Source: Candidatus Saccharimonadota bacterium (lineage in GTDB: Bacteria > Pseudomonadota > Gammaproteobacteria > Enterobacterales > Enterobacteriaceae). Taken from it: a DNA stretch of 32,000 bases. The notes under the pieces were generated by a model that saw only the letters and a list, made by a program, of their open reading frames with translations, did no database searches and was not told the origin of the DNA. The DNA is taken from the NCBI RefSeq assembly GCF_012571795.1, contig NZ_CP046222.1, positions 439,618 to 471,617 on the forward strand. The letters are read 5' to 3'. The position numbers were made by a program, and so were the translations under genes. Every line of letters begins with the position of its first letter. The stretch's first letter is position 1. Positions 11,187 to 24,846 of the stretch are shown here, piece by piece.

Positions 11187-11209
11187 ATAATTTCACTTAT
11201 ATAATAATA

Positions 11210-12577
11210 TTATTTACCAATACAAAATTGTGAAAAAATATGATCTAACAAGTTTTGTGATGTAAATTTACCAGTAATTACATCTAATTCTATTTGTATT
11301 AATCTTAAATTTTCAGAGATTAATTCTAAATTTATATATTTTTTAGAATAACATTTTTGTAGGCAATCTTGTAAAAAATTATATATCTTATTAAAAGAAT
11401 CTATATATCTTTGTTTAGATGTAAATTCATCTTCAGTATTATTATGAGGAATAATATTATTACTAATAAAATCTTTTAATAAAGATAATCCTTGTTTAGT
11501 ATGTATAGATATTCTAATACTAATTATATTATCATTTTTAATTATTTCTGGTTGTTTTTTTGTTATATCTATTTTATTTCTAATAATAATAATTGGAGTA
11601 TTATTTTTAATAAATTTTTGTAAATAATTTTTTATTTCATATAATTTTTGTTTATTAATATTATCTTCTACTACTAAAAAAACATAATTTGCCATACTAA
11701 TTTCTTTTAAAGCTTTATTAATACCAATATTTTCAATATAATTATTAGTTTTTCTTATACCGGCTGTGTCAATAATTTTTATTGGTATGGATTCTATATA
11801 TATGTGTTCATATATAATATCTCTAGTAGTGCCAGGAATATCTGTAATAATTGATACATCTTTTCCTGATAAAAAATTAATTAAACTAGATTTACCAGAA
11901 TTTGTTGGGCCAACTAATATAATTTTAATACCTTCTTGTGTTTTTAAATTATATTTTAAATATTCTACAATTTTTTTACTATCTTGTAATAAAATTTGTA
12001 ATTTTATAAAAATTTTTTGATATATAACATCTGAATGATGAAATGAAAATTCAATTAATGATTCTATTTTAGTTCTAATATTAATTATTTGTTTATTAAA
12101 TGGTTTAAAAAATTTTGATAAATAACCATTCATTAAATTCATGGCAGAAAAAATAGCTGATTTACAATCAGCATTAATAATATCAGAAATAGCTTCTGCT
12201 TGTGTTAAATCAATTTTATTATTTAAAAAAGCACGTTCTGTAAATTCACCAGGTTTAGCTATTCTAATATGAGATATATTATTAATAATATTATTAATTA
12301 ATAAATCTAATAATATATTATTACCATGACAATGTAATTCTAAAACATCTTCACCAGTATATGAATATGGTTTAGGAAACCATAATGCTATACCCTTGTC
12401 TATTATTTTATGTTTATAAAAAAAAGGTAAATAATTAGCATATCTTGGTTTTAAAGAATTAATCTTTAAAACATATTTAATAACATGTAATGTATGCACA
12501 CCAGATATACGAATCACACCAATACTACCCCTACCTGATGGTGTTGCTTTTGCAATAATTGTATCTATATTTTTCAC
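11210..12577 (-). CDS. mnmE: tRNA modification GTPase MnmE (TrmE/ThdF)
   Basis: 455 aa. G1 is GPTNSGKSSL, G3 is DTAGIR, and the invariant C-terminal CIGK motif is present. It is downstream of yidC, as in the conserved rpmH-rnpA-yidC-mnmE cluster. Confidence 0.95.
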   Translation of the reverse strand: MKNIDTIIAKATPSGRGSIGVIRISGVHTLHVIKYVLKINSLKPRYANYLPFFYKHKIIDKGIALWFPKPYSYTGEDVLELHCHGNNILLDLLINNIINNISHIRIAKPGEFTERAFLNNKIDLTQAEAISDIINADCKSAIFSAMNLMNGYLSKFFKPFNKQIINIRTKIESLIEFSFHHSDVIYQKIFIKLQILLQDSKKIVEYLKYNLKTQEGIKIILVGPTNSGKSSLINFLSGKDVSIITDIPGTTRDIIYEHIYIESIPIKIIDTAGIRKTNNYIENIGINKALKEISMANYVFLVVEDNINKQKLYEIKNYLQKFIKNNTPIIIIRNKIDITKKQPEIIKNDNIISIRISIHTKQGLSLLKDFISNNIIPHNNTEDEFTSKQRYIDSFNKIYNFLQDCLQKCYSKKYINLELISENLRLIQIELDVITGKFTSQNLLDHIFSQFCIGK

Positions 12578-12595
12578 TATTATATATTTATTTAA

Positions 12596-14215
12596 TTAAT
12601 GTATATGTTTTATATTTGTATATATTTTATCATAAATAAAACCTTGTTGTATAATTGTAATTATATTACTAATTATATAATATAAAACTAATCCAGATGG
12701 AAACCATAAAAAAAATAAACTAAAAATACAAGGTATAATATATATAAATAATTTTTGTATAACATCTTGTTTTTCATAATTGTTAACAGATATTTTTTGC
12801 ATAAAAAATATTGTTATACCCATAATAACAGGAAAAATATAATATGGATCTTCAGCAGATAAATCTTTTATCCATAAAAAAAATGGTGCATGACGTAATT
12901 CTACAGAATTTATTAAAATATAATATAAAGATAAAAAAATTGGCATTTGTATTATAAATGGTAAACATCCTGATAAAGGATTTAATTTTTCTTTTTGATA
13001 TAAATTAATAATTTCTTTACTTAAACGATTTTTGTCATTATTAAATTTTATCTTTAAACTTTTAATTTTTGGTTGTAACATACGCATTTTTATCATAGTT
13101 ATATATTGCATTTTTGATAAAGGATATGTCACAATTCTTACAATACAAGTAATAATAATAATAGATATTCCCCAGTTTCCTATTAAATTATATATATAAT
13201 TTAATAATTGAAATAGTGGTTGTGCTAAAAACCATAAAATACCATAATCTATAGTATAATCTAAAAATGGTGCAACAGTAGCCATATAATTAGTAATTTT
13301 AGGACCAGCCCATAATTTAGTAGTAAAATAAGCATTTCCTCCTGGTACAATCATATGATTTATAGAATAAAATCCTATTCTTATAATATTATTACTAACT
13401 TTTTGTGTGTAAATATAATAATTATTATGAGGTACAATCCAAGCAGTAGCAAAATATTGTTGTATTATTGCAATCCAACCCTTGTTTGTATAAATTTTAA
13501 TATTATTATTTTGTAAAATTTTACGGAATGGATATTTTTTATATTTAATATGTGAAGTAGAATAAGCAATACCTCTAAATGTCTTAGTAGCAAAATTAAT
13601 ATGTTTTCTATTTAAAAATGGTAAAATATTATTTGTTTTTTGATTTAATTCATTATTTATTTTTATACAAATAGGTTGTTTAGTATAATTAAAAATTTGG
13701 TGATTAACATTAATAACAAAACTACCTTTTTTAATAATAAAAGTTTTAACATATAAAATATTTTTACTAACAAATAATAAGGGTACTTTTAATATAGTAG
13801 TATTATTTTTCAATTGATAAATAGACATAGGAGTAAAAAACTTTGGTTTATCAAAAATATGGTCAATTAAATTAAATTTATTTGTTTTAATAATATTACT
13901 ATTTGCTTGATATATATATTGTTTATTATTATTTAATAATGTTAAATGTTTTTTAGAATATAACTTATTTTTATAATTAATTAATTCCATTTTAGTAATA
14001 TTACCACCATTTAAATCAATATATAAGATTAATTTATCTGTTTTAATAATAATATTGTTACGATTTAACTTATCTGATAATTTTTCATGAATATTATTAT
14101 TAATATGAATAATATTGCTTTTTATATGATAATTACTTATATTTTGCCAATTTTTTATTATAAAAAAACTTAATAAAAAAATAACAATTAAAAAAAGTTT
14201 TTTTTTAACATCCAT
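12596..14215 (-). CDS. yidC: Membrane protein insertase YidC
   Basis: The ORF is open to 14266, but homology with E. coli YidC begins at the ATG at 14215 (MDVKKKLFLIV versus MDSQRNLLVIA). Strong conservation runs through TFRGIAYS, QQYFATAW, DYGILWFLAQPLF, GNWGISIIIIT, RMLQPKI, GCLPFIIQMPIFLSLYY and FFLWFPSGLVLYY. Confidence 0.94.
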   Translation of the reverse strand: MDVKKKLFLIVIFLLSFFIIKNWQNISNYHIKSNIIHINNNIHEKLSDKLNRNNIIIKTDKLILYIDLNGGNITKMELINYKNKLYSKKHLTLLNNNKQYIYQANSNIIKTNKFNLIDHIFDKPKFFTPMSIYQLKNNTTILKVPLLFVSKNILYVKTFIIKKGSFVINVNHQIFNYTKQPICIKINNELNQKTNNILPFLNRKHINFATKTFRGIAYSTSHIKYKKYPFRKILQNNNIKIYTNKGWIAIIQQYFATAWIVPHNNYYIYTQKVSNNIIRIGFYSINHMIVPGGNAYFTTKLWAGPKITNYMATVAPFLDYTIDYGILWFLAQPLFQLLNYIYNLIGNWGISIIIITCIVRIVTYPLSKMQYITMIKMRMLQPKIKSLKIKFNNDKNRLSKEIINLYQKEKLNPLSGCLPFIIQMPIFLSLYYILINSVELRHAPFFLWIKDLSAEDPYYIFPVIMGITIFFMQKISVNNYEKQDVIQKLFIYIIPCIFSLFFLWFPSGLVLYYIISNIITIIQQGFIYDKIYTNIKHIH

Positions 14216-14283
14216 TATTTTATATTCTCTATATTTATATTTAACAAAATATAAAACTTTAGTCATTATTAAATAAAAATAAT

Positions 14284-14631
14284 TTATGTAAGTTTATATA
14301 TTTGCCATAATTTTTCTAAATAAATATTTAATTCTTTTATGTGTATATTTTTAATTTTATTATTAATAATAATAACATAATCCATTATTTTTAATATATT
14401 TTGGTTTAAACGGAAATGTTCTCTAATTATTCTTTTATGTTTATTTCTAATATATGCATGTAAAATATATTTTTTAGATATAATAATACCAATTCTAGAA
14501 TATTGTAATTTATTTGAACAACTTAATAAAATATAATATTTATTACTAATTTTATGTGATTGTTTAAATACAGTATTATATTGTGACCAAGTACATAAAC
14601 GTTTTTTTTTAGATAATTTAAACTGTGACAC
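14284..14631 (-). CDS. rnpA: Ribonuclease P protein component
   Basis: 115 aa and basic. The RNR-type motif region (AYIRNKHKRIIREHFR) and the LEKLW C-terminal block match E. coli RnpA. It lies 16 nt downstream of rpmH. Confidence 0.9.
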   Translation of the reverse strand: MSQFKLSKKKRLCTWSQYNTVFKQSHKISNKYYILLSCSNKLQYSRIGIIISKKYILHAYIRNKHKRIIREHFRLNQNILKIMDYVIIINNKIKNIHIKELNIYLEKLWQIYKLT

Positions 14632-14647
14632 TAATTTATTTAATTCA

Positions 14648-14791
14648 TTACTTATGTGAAATACTTAACGATGTACGTTTTTTCGATCTTCTGCAATTAA
14701 TGATATGTCTGCCATTTTTAGTTTCCATACGTTTTCTAAATCCATGAGTACGTTTTTTTTTTAAAACAGATGGTTGATAAGTACGTTTCAT
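14648..14791 (-). CDS. rpmH: 50S ribosomal protein L34
   Basis: This gene is not in the supplied ORF track. Manual translation of the minus strand gives [47 protein letters not shown] (47 aa, TAA stop), matching E. coli L34 ([39 protein letters not shown]...). It holds the canonical position upstream of rnpA. Confidence 0.93.
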   Translation of the reverse strand: MKRTYQPSVLKKKRTHGFRKRMETKNGRHIINCRRSKKRTSLSISHK

Positions 14792-14975
14792 AACTATTTT
14801 CACTTTATATATATAATAAAAATATTATCTATAATAAAGTTTTTTATATAAAATTTCAACTATAATCAATTCTTAAAATAAAGTAGAATATTAGTTTTTT
14901 GAATGAAAATTAATGTATAATATATTATATGTTTATAATACTATTTATTTAAATATTAATAAATAATTAAAAATT

Positions 14976-16100
14976 ATGGAATATCATATTATTATTAATC
15001 GTGAAATTTTAATAAAACCGTTAAAATATATAACTCATATTATTAATAATCGCAATATATCTATTATGCAAAATATTTTAGTGGATATTAAAAGAAATGG
15101 CAAAATTTTATTTAAAGGTTCAGATTTAGAAATTGAAATAGAAATAAATATTATTTTAAATAATCACCATAATTTAGCAAATTATAATATTACAATACCA
15201 GGGAAAAAATTTTATAATATATGTCGTGCATTACCTAAATCAGAAAATATTAATATATCATTTTTTAAAAATAAGGTCATTATATCTTCTAAAACATGTA
15301 AATATACGATTACTACTATGTCTTCAGAAAACTTTCCACATATAATGCCTTGGAAAAGTGATATTAGTTTTAATTTAACACATAATATTTTAGGAAAATT
15401 ATTTAGTAGTACTATATTTTCTATAGCACATAATGATTCACGTGAATATCTAAATGGTATGTTTTTACATATAGAAAATAATATTTTACAAGTTATATCT
15501 ACTGATGGATATAGATTATCTATTTATAATGTTAATATAATTATTAGTATGCATAATATAATTTATAAAATTATTATCCCGCGTAAAAGTATAATAATAC
15601 TATTACGTTTATTAAAAAATACTAATGAATTAGTTAATATTAATATTAATATGAATAATATTAGTTTTACTATAAAAAATTTAAAAATTACATCAAAATT
15701 AATTAATAGTAATTACCCTAATTATAATAAAATTATTCCAGAAAAATTTTTAAAGACAATTAAAATTAATAAATTAAATTTTAAAAATGCTTTAGAAAGA
15801 ATTTCTATATTAGCTGACGAACGTACAAATAGTGTTACATTAATTATAAAAAAATGTATACTAAAAATGATAACAAAAAATATTAATAATGAAATAGCAG
15901 AAGAAATATTAAATATAGAAGAAGATAATCTAAAATATATAATAAATATATCATTAAATATAAAATATTTATTAGATGTTCTTAATGTGTTAGAGCATGA
16001 AGAAATAAAAATTTCATTTATTAATGCTAATTCCAGTATTAAAATAGAGGATAATAATGATACAAATAAAATGTATTTAATTATGCCTATGCGCATTTAA
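14976..16100 (+). CDS. dnaN: DNA polymerase III beta sliding clamp
   Basis: 374 aa, collinear with E. coli DnaN: LIKPL near the N-terminus, GSDLEIEIE, NFPHI, YLNGMFL, STDGYRLS, IIPRKS, SKLINSNYPNY and the C-terminal MPMRI. Confidence 0.94.
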   Translation: MEYHIIINREILIKPLKYITHIINNRNISIMQNILVDIKRNGKILFKGSDLEIEIEINIILNNHHNLANYNITIPGKKFYNICRALPKSENINISFFKNKVIISSKTCKYTITTMSSENFPHIMPWKSDISFNLTHNILGKLFSSTIFSIAHNDSREYLNGMFLHIENNILQVISTDGYRLSIYNVNIIISMHNIIYKIIIPRKSIIILLRLLKNTNELVNININMNNISFTIKNLKITSKLINSNYPNYNKIIPEKFLKTIKINKLNFKNALERISILADERTNSVTLIIKKCILKMITKNINNEIAEEILNIEEDNLKYIINISLNIKYLLDVLNVLEHEEIKISFINANSSIKIEDNNDTNKMYLIMPMRI

Positions 16101-16157
16101 ATATTTTTGTTGTATGATTATTATTAATTTGTCAATAGTAATTTAATATATAAATGA

Positions 16158-18575
<2,418 letters not shown>

Positions 18576-18654
18576 TAATTTATAAAATATTTTTATTTAA
18601 ATAATAGCTATTATATATTTTTTAGGCATGTTAGAAAGTTATCATATTTTATTT

Positions 18655-18912
18655 TTAATTATTGCAAAATGATATTGATGTAGAGTTAAAATTTTTATTT
18701 ATATTTAATTCATTATTTTTTAAAATATTTTGATTAATTAATCCTTGTTCAATTTCTCTTAATGCCAATACTGTAGGCTTATCTTTATTATTAGATACTA
18801 AAGGATTTTTACCTTTTATTTGTATTTGTCTTGCTCTAATTGAAGCTATTAAAACTAAATCAAAACGATTACCAATTTGTTTTACTGCATCTTCTACAGT
18901 AATTCTAGCCAT
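18655..18912 (-). CDS. rpoZ: DNA-directed RNA polymerase omega subunit
   Basis: 85 aa. [29 protein letters not shown]...[15 protein letters not shown] matches E. coli RpoZ over the conserved N-terminal 65 aa or so. The C-terminal tail is diverged. Confidence 0.92.
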   Translation of the reverse strand: MARITVEDAVKQIGNRFDLVLIASIRARQIQIKGKNPLVSNNKDKPTVLALREIEQGLINQNILKNNELNINKNFNSTSISFCNN

Positions 18913-19056
18913 ATTTATATATCCTATTTATATTATAAATTATAGGAAAAATATTAATTATTTATAAAATTTATATTTTAAACATATTATTGCTATAATA
19001 GCATAATATTTTTTTTATACTAATAAAAATTATATATTAATTATATAAGGAAAATT

Positions 19057-19590
19057 ATGAATTTAAATAATATACCTGTTGGATGTGATGTGCCTCATAA
19101 TATTAATGTGATAATAGAAATACCTATACAAACTTATCCAGTAAAATATGAAGTAAATAAAAAGTATGGAGTACTTTTTGTAGATCGTTTTATACCTGTT
19201 GCAATGATGTATCCATGTAATTATGGATATATAAATAATACTTTATCATTAGATGGAGACTGTTTAGATGTATTAGTAATAACGCAATATTATATTTATC
19301 CTGGCACAGTAATTAAATGTAGACCTGTAGGATTATTAACAATGTTAGATGAATCAGGCAAAGATAAAAAAATTATAGCTGTGCCATGTAATTCTATTAC
19401 AACTGAATATGAATATATACAAAATATTACAGATGTATCTCCTTTATTAAAAAAACAAATAAAACATTTTTTTCAACATTATAAAGATTTAGAACATAAT
19501 AAATGGAGTAAAATTGATAATTGGCAAGATATTAATTATGCAAAGCAAGAAATACTTATATCTATACAAAGATTTAATGATAAATCATAA
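19057..19590 (+). CDS. ppa: Inorganic pyrophosphatase
   Basis: 177 aa. VIIEIP, KYEV, LFVDRF, YPCNYGYINNTLSLDGDCLDVLV and FFQHYKDLE are collinear with E. coli Ppa. An AAGGA Shine-Dalgarno lies upstream. Confidence 0.95.
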   Translation: MNLNNIPVGCDVPHNINVIIEIPIQTYPVKYEVNKKYGVLFVDRFIPVAMMYPCNYGYINNTLSLDGDCLDVLVITQYYIYPGTVIKCRPVGLLTMLDESGKDKKIIAVPCNSITTEYEYIQNITDVSPLLKKQIKHFFQHYKDLEHNKWSKIDNWQDINYAKQEILISIQRFNDKS

Positions 19591-19691
19591 ATAATCATTA
19601 TATATTTGATATATAATAAAATAATATTATACAAATTAATAATTTTAAAAATTTTATTCACAACATTAAAAATATAAGAGATTTAAAATTT

Positions 19692-20951
19692 ATGCCAAAA
19701 ATTAAAAAAATTATAGCAAGAGAAATTATTGATTCTAGGGGTTATCCTACTATCGAAGCAGAAGTACATATAGATAAACATAATATAATTGGGAGAGCTT
19801 CAGTTCCATCTGGTGCTTCTACAGGATCAAGAGAGGCTTTAGAATTAAGAGATCATGATACTAAAAGATTTTTAGGAAAAGGTGTATTAAAATCTGTAAA
19901 TATCATTAATACAATAATTAATAAATATTTATTTAATCAAAATATATTACATCAAACTAATATTGATGAAATTATGATTAATTTAGATAATACAGTTAAT
20001 AAAGAAAAATTTGGTGCTAATACTATTTTAGCTGTATCATTAGCTAATGTAAGAGCTGCTGCAATGTATAATAAAATGCCATTATTTAAATATATAAAAA
20101 ATATATATGGTAATTTAAATAAATATATTATGCCATTACCAATGGTTAATATTATTAATGGTGGCAAACATGCAAATAATAATTTAGATATACAAGAATT
20201 TATGATACAACCTGTTAGTGCTACTAATATTAAAGATGCTATTCGTATGAGTGCAGAAATTTTTCATCATTTAGCTAGTGTTCTAAAATCTTATAATATG
20301 ATTACATCTGTAGGAGATGAAGGTGGTTATGCACCTAATTTAAATAATAATAGTGAAGCTTTTGATATGATTATTAAAGCTATAAATAAATCAGGTTTTA
20401 TCTTAGGAAAAGATATTACTTTTGCTATAGATTGTGCTGCTTCTGAATTATTAAAAAATAATAAATATTATTTAACAGGAGAAAAATTAATTTTAACTTC
20501 AAAACAATTTACAAAATTTTTATTAAAATTAACACAACAGTATCCTATTACTTCTATTGAAGATGGTTTATATGAAAATGATTGGGAAGGATTTATATAT
20601 CAAACTAAAATTTTAGGTGATAAAATTCAATTAGTTGGTGATGATTTATTTGTTACTAATATAAAATTTTTACAAAAAGGTATTAATAATAATATTGGTA
20701 ATGCTATTTTAATAAAACCAAATCAAATTGGTACATTAACGGAAACATTTAAAACAATTAAAATGGCACAAGATGCTAATTATAAAGTTATTATTTCTCA
20801 TCGTTCTGGAGAAACAGAAGATACCTTTATAGCTGATCTTGCTGTTGGTGTTGGTGCTGAACAAATAAAAACAGGATCTATGAGTCGTTCTGATAGAATA
20901 GCTAAATATAATAGATTAATTAGAATAGAAGAAATATTAAATAATAATTAA
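19692..20951 (+). CDS. eno: Enolase
   Basis: 419 aa. [90 protein letters not shown] and [16 protein letters not shown] match E. coli enolase. It lacks about 13 C-terminal residues. Confidence 0.96.
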   Translation: MPKIKKIIAREIIDSRGYPTIEAEVHIDKHNIIGRASVPSGASTGSREALELRDHDTKRFLGKGVLKSVNIINTIINKYLFNQNILHQTNIDEIMINLDNTVNKEKFGANTILAVSLANVRAAAMYNKMPLFKYIKNIYGNLNKYIMPLPMVNIINGGKHANNNLDIQEFMIQPVSATNIKDAIRMSAEIFHHLASVLKSYNMITSVGDEGGYAPNLNNNSEAFDMIIKAINKSGFILGKDITFAIDCAASELLKNNKYYLTGEKLILTSKQFTKFLLKLTQQYPITSIEDGLYENDWEGFIYQTKILGDKIQLVGDDLFVTNIKFLQKGINNNIGNAILIKPNQIGTLTETFKTIKMAQDANYKVIISHRSGETEDTFIADLAVGVGAEQIKTGSMSRSDRIAKYNRLIRIEEILNNN

Positions 20952-21003
20952 TATTATATTATTGATAAACTTTTTAAATAGAAAATTAATTTTTATATAC
21001 AAA

Positions 21004-21039
21004 ACTATGTTGTGTAATATATAAAAAACTCAACATAGT
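21004..21039 (+). other. Inverted repeat/candidate RNA hairpin downstream of eno (possible weak terminator or processing site)
   Basis: ACTATGTTG (21004-21012) and its exact reverse complement CAACATAGT (21031-21039) flank an 18-nt loop. Three G/C pairs are unusual for the nearly pure A/T intergenic DNA here. It lies 53 nt after the eno stop. No U-tract follows, so it is not a canonical intrinsic terminator. Confidence 0.25.
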
Positions 21040-21071
21040 ATTAAAATGAAAAAATTATTATATGATGATAT

Positions 21072-22760
21072 ATGGACAATAATAAAGAAAAAACTATTAT
21101 TAATTGGTTAACTAAACAAAGTAAACCTTTTAAATATTTATTAAATATATCGTATATATTTAATTTATTAAATATATTTATTAGTATTATACAAAGTTTT
21201 TTGTTATCTATACATATAGACTTATTTTTACATAATAAACAACAACAACAAATGTTTAGTTTTTATACTATATTTAGTTTATGTTTTATAATAAGATCAT
21301 TAATTTCTATACTAATTAATCGTTGTAATTATTTTTATAGTAAATTTATTAAATTAAATATAAGAAATAAAATTTTAAATAACATTATACAAACTAATAA
21401 TATAAATAATAATATTGGCTGTAATACAACTATTATTATAGAACAAATTGAAAGTATACAAGAATATTATAACAAATATGTACCACAGTTATTTATATCA
21501 ATTATTGCACCGTTTATAATTATTGCCATTATTTTTTATATTAATTGGATATCTAGTATAATAATAATTATTATTAGTATAATAATAGTATTATTTATTA
21601 ATATTATTGGGCATAAAGTTATAGATAAAAATAAACAAAATTTCCAAATATTATCATATTTAAGTGGATTATTTTTAAATCGATTAAAATGTATTGAAAT
21701 TATTAGATTATTTAATTTTGCTGATATTGAAATACAAAAAATAAGTAAATATATTGAAAAATTTAGAATAAAAAATATGGAAATTTTAAAAATTGCTTTT
21801 TTAACTTCTGCTATTTTAGAATTTTTTCATTCTATTGCGATTGCATTTATAGCTATGTATTTTAGTTTTACATATTTACATATTATTAATATTAGTTTAT
21901 ATAAACAAAATATTAATATATTTCATAGCTTTTTTATACTAATTTTAGTAACAGAATATTTTCAATATTTTAACAATTTAGGTATATTATACCATATTAA
22001 AGCCAAAGCAGTTGGTGCGGCTGAACTTATTATAAAACTTATAGATAATAATAATGTAATTTCACATCATAAAAATATCTTATTATTTAATCAAAATAAT
22101 TTATTAATATATGCTAAAGATTTAGTAGTTAAAGATAATATAGGCAATAAAATAATAGGGCCCTTATCTTTTAAAATATATATTGGACAACGTATTATTA
22201 TTACTGGTCCTAATGGATGTGGTAAATCAACATTATTAAATGTTATATTAGGTTTTATACCATATGAAGGTATATTAAAAATTAATAATATAAATTTAAA
22301 AGATTTAAATATTAATCATTGGCATCATGCCATATCATGGGTTAAACAAAATCCAAGTCTTCCTGCAAAAACAATTAAAGATAATTTATTTTTTCACCAT
22401 AATCTTAATTGTATAAAAATAAATAAAATAATTAAAATAATAGGAATAAAAGATTTTGCAGATAAATTACCTAATGGTTTAGATACAATAATTAATGTAC
22501 AAAATACAAGATTATCTATTGGGCAAATACAAAGAATAGCTATTGCCAGAGCATTAATTAAAAATAGTATGTTATTATTATTAGATGAACCAATATCTAA
22601 TATTGATATTATAAGTCAAACATATATTATTAATGCTTTATGTAATACTTCAATCAATACTAGTATTATTATTACACATAATATTAATAAAATTAAAAAT
22701 GCAAATATAATTTGGTTTATGAATAATAAAGGTAAAATTATTCAAACAAAAATAATATAA
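21072..22760 (+). CDS. cydD: Cysteine/glutathione ABC exporter subunit CydD (cytochrome bd assembly)
   Basis: 562 aa with an N-terminal 6-TM domain and a C-terminal NBD. CydD-specific blocks: INWLTKQS (E. coli TRWLKQQS), LSGLFLNRL, AFLTSAILEFF and YHIKAKAVGAAE. Walker A is GPNGCGKST, the signature is LSIGQIQRIAIARAL and Walker B is LLLLDEP. Confidence 0.9.
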   Translation: MDNNKEKTIINWLTKQSKPFKYLLNISYIFNLLNIFISIIQSFLLSIHIDLFLHNKQQQQMFSFYTIFSLCFIIRSLISILINRCNYFYSKFIKLNIRNKILNNIIQTNNINNNIGCNTTIIIEQIESIQEYYNKYVPQLFISIIAPFIIIAIIFYINWISSIIIIIISIIIVLFINIIGHKVIDKNKQNFQILSYLSGLFLNRLKCIEIIRLFNFADIEIQKISKYIEKFRIKNMEILKIAFLTSAILEFFHSIAIAFIAMYFSFTYLHIINISLYKQNINIFHSFFILILVTEYFQYFNNLGILYHIKAKAVGAAELIIKLIDNNNVISHHKNILLFNQNNLLIYAKDLVVKDNIGNKIIGPLSFKIYIGQRIIITGPNGCGKSTLLNVILGFIPYEGILKINNINLKDLNINHWHHAISWVKQNPSLPAKTIKDNLFFHHNLNCIKINKIIKIIGIKDFADKLPNGLDTIINVQNTRLSIGQIQRIAIARALIKNSMLLLLDEPISNIDIISQTYIINALCNTSINTSIIITHNINKIKNANIIWFMNNKGKIIQTKII

Positions 22761-22799
22761 AACTATAAAAATTATATGTTTAAGTAAAAAATAGGAGTT

Positions 22800-24545
22800 A
22801 TGATAGTGTTTTATATATTATTATTTTATAAATATCAAAAAAAATATTTAAAAATGTTATTATTAGGTATAATAATGTCTATAGTAGCTAATTTTTGCAG
22901 TATTTTTTTATCTATTCTATCAGGATTCTTTTTAACTTCTACTTTTTTATTTAAACATCATTTTGCTGAATATAATTATATTATACCTTCTATTATTATT
23001 AGATTTTTATCAATGTTTAAAACTATTACTAAATATTATGAAAAAATAATTAAACATAATAATACGTTAAATATATTAAAGAATTTAAGAATTATTATTT
23101 TTACTAAAATTTTTCCTTTATATCCTTATGATATTATTAATATATATAATAGTGAAATTTTACAATTATTTATATCAGATATTGAAACAATAGATATTCT
23201 ATATATACAGATTATATCTCCTATTATAAGTTTATGCATTACAATATTTATTATAATAATTCATTTAATTATTTTAAATTATTGTTTAACTATATTATTT
23301 ATTATATTTTTATGTATGCCTTTAACATATTTTGCTATATATTTTTATAATAAAGGTTATTTAATAAGTACAAATAATATTAAATATAAAAAAAAATATT
23401 ATTTGGCTTTATATAATTTCTTATTATATCAACAAGAATACAAAATATTTGAAGGTATTACTTGTATAAAAAAAAAATTAAATATATTAGAATATAAATG
23501 GGAACAACAACAAACTAAACAAAATTATTATGATACACAATCAAATACTATTTTATCAATTATTATTGGCATAAATTTATTAATTATATTAATATTTAGT
23601 TATATCATACTTGTACCCAAAAAATATTCAAGATATTTTATCATATCTTATATATTAAGTACTATTACACTAAATTATTTAATACTAAGTATTAGTCATG
23701 TATTTCAACATATTAATAATATATTAATATCTACCAAAAATATTTTCAAAATAATAAATAAAAAACCAACCATTAATTTTAATAAAAGTAAGATATCATC
23801 TTTTAATAAAATTATATCACTAAAAATTATTAATCTTAGTTTTTATTATAATACTAATGATATACATACATTAGTTTTAAATAATTTATCATTAAACATA
23901 AAAAATCATGATGTAATTGCAATTACTGGACATAATGGTTGTGGTAAATCAACATTATTAATGTTATTAACTAGAGCCTGGGAACCAATCTCAGGTAATA
24001 TTTATATAAATAACTATAATTTAAATACTATTAATTTATCAATATTACGTAAAATAATTAGTGTAATACCACAAAAAACTGAAATATTAAATGATACATT
24101 AAAAAATAATTTATTATTAAATAACCAAAAAAAAAATATTAGTAATGATTTTTTAGTAAAAATATTATATTTAGTGGGATTAGATAAATTAATATTGAAT
24201 AAACAACATTTAAATATACAATTAGGAGAAAATCAACGATTATTATCTGGTGGTGAATTAAAAAAATTAGCGCTAGCAAGAGCAATTATACATAATGGAC
24301 ATATAATTTTACTAGATGAACCTACAGTAGGATTAGATAAAAAAACATCGAAAAAAATTTTACAGTTAATTTTTTCAGTATTTAAAAAAAAAATAATAAT
24401 CATTGTAACACATGATATAGCAATTTTAAAAAGAATGAAGTATATTTATGTAATGGATAATGGTTCCATAATAGAAAAAGGAAGTCATATTACATTAATT
24501 AATAAAAAACAACATTATTGGAATTATATACATACTTTATTATAA
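22800..24545 (+). CDS. cydC: Cysteine/glutathione ABC exporter subunit CydC
   Basis: 581 aa with an AGGAG Shine-Dalgarno upstream. It is collinear with E. coli CydC: [19 protein letters not shown] (E. coli TRAWDPQQGEI), Walker [10 protein letters not shown], the signature [14 protein letters not shown], Walker [12 protein letters not shown] and [13 protein letters not shown]. Confidence 0.9.
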   Translation: MIVFYILLFYKYQKKYLKMLLLGIIMSIVANFCSIFLSILSGFFLTSTFLFKHHFAEYNYIIPSIIIRFLSMFKTITKYYEKIIKHNNTLNILKNLRIIIFTKIFPLYPYDIINIYNSEILQLFISDIETIDILYIQIISPIISLCITIFIIIIHLIILNYCLTILFIIFLCMPLTYFAIYFYNKGYLISTNNIKYKKKYYLALYNFLLYQQEYKIFEGITCIKKKLNILEYKWEQQQTKQNYYDTQSNTILSIIIGINLLIILIFSYIILVPKKYSRYFIISYILSTITLNYLILSISHVFQHINNILISTKNIFKIINKKPTINFNKSKISSFNKIISLKIINLSFYYNTNDIHTLVLNNLSLNIKNHDVIAITGHNGCGKSTLLMLLTRAWEPISGNIYINNYNLNTINLSILRKIISVIPQKTEILNDTLKNNLLLNNQKKNISNDFLVKILYLVGLDKLILNKQHLNIQLGENQRLLSGGELKKLALARAIIHNGHIILLDEPTVGLDKKTSKKILQLIFSVFKKKIIIIVTHDIAILKRMKYIYVMDNGSIIEKGSHITLINKKQHYWNYIHTLL

Positions 24546-24555
24546 AGGATTTCAT

Positions 24556-24774
24556 ATGTCTAAAGAAGGTAATATTGAAATGCAAGGCATAGTTGTAAAT
24601 ACTTTGCCTAATACTGTTTTTCATGTTAAGCTTGAAAATGGTCATATAGTCACAGCACATATTTCTGGTAAAATGAGAAAAAATTATATTCGTATATTAA
24701 CAGGGGATAAGGTAACAGTTGAACTTACACCATATGATTTAGGTAAAGGTAGAATAATTTTTCGTAGTCGTTAA
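24556..24774 (+). CDS. infA: Translation initiation factor IF-1
   Basis: 72 aa, nearly identical to E. coli InfA (IEMQG.V...[50 protein letters not shown]). An AAGGA Shine-Dalgarno lies upstream. Confidence 0.97.
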   Translation: MSKEGNIEMQGIVVNTLPNTVFHVKLENGHIVTAHISGKMRKNYIRILTGDKVTVELTPYDLGKGRIIFRSR

Positions 24775-24846
24775 TATTATATTAATTATTAATTAAAAAA
24801 TTATATATGTTAATTTTTATATAAATACTATATTTAATAGTGTATT

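Noticed and set aside
12868-12876. DnaA-box-like TTATCCATA (8/9 match to TTATCCACA)
   Set aside because: It is a single copy inside yidC, where it encodes the conserved WIKD residues on the opposite strand. It is not clustered and not intergenic.
14216-14266. 17-codon N-terminal extension of the yidC ORF (start at 14266)
   Set aside because: Homology with YidC begins exactly at the internal Met (14215). The extension has no counterpart in E. coli YidC and is probably just open frame in A/T-rich DNA.
18601-18623. 14-nt palindrome ATAATAGCTATTAT followed by T6, 26 nt after the gyrB stop
   Set aside because: It superficially resembles a terminator. With a minimal loop the stem is only about 5 A/T pairs, which is too weak to support a call.
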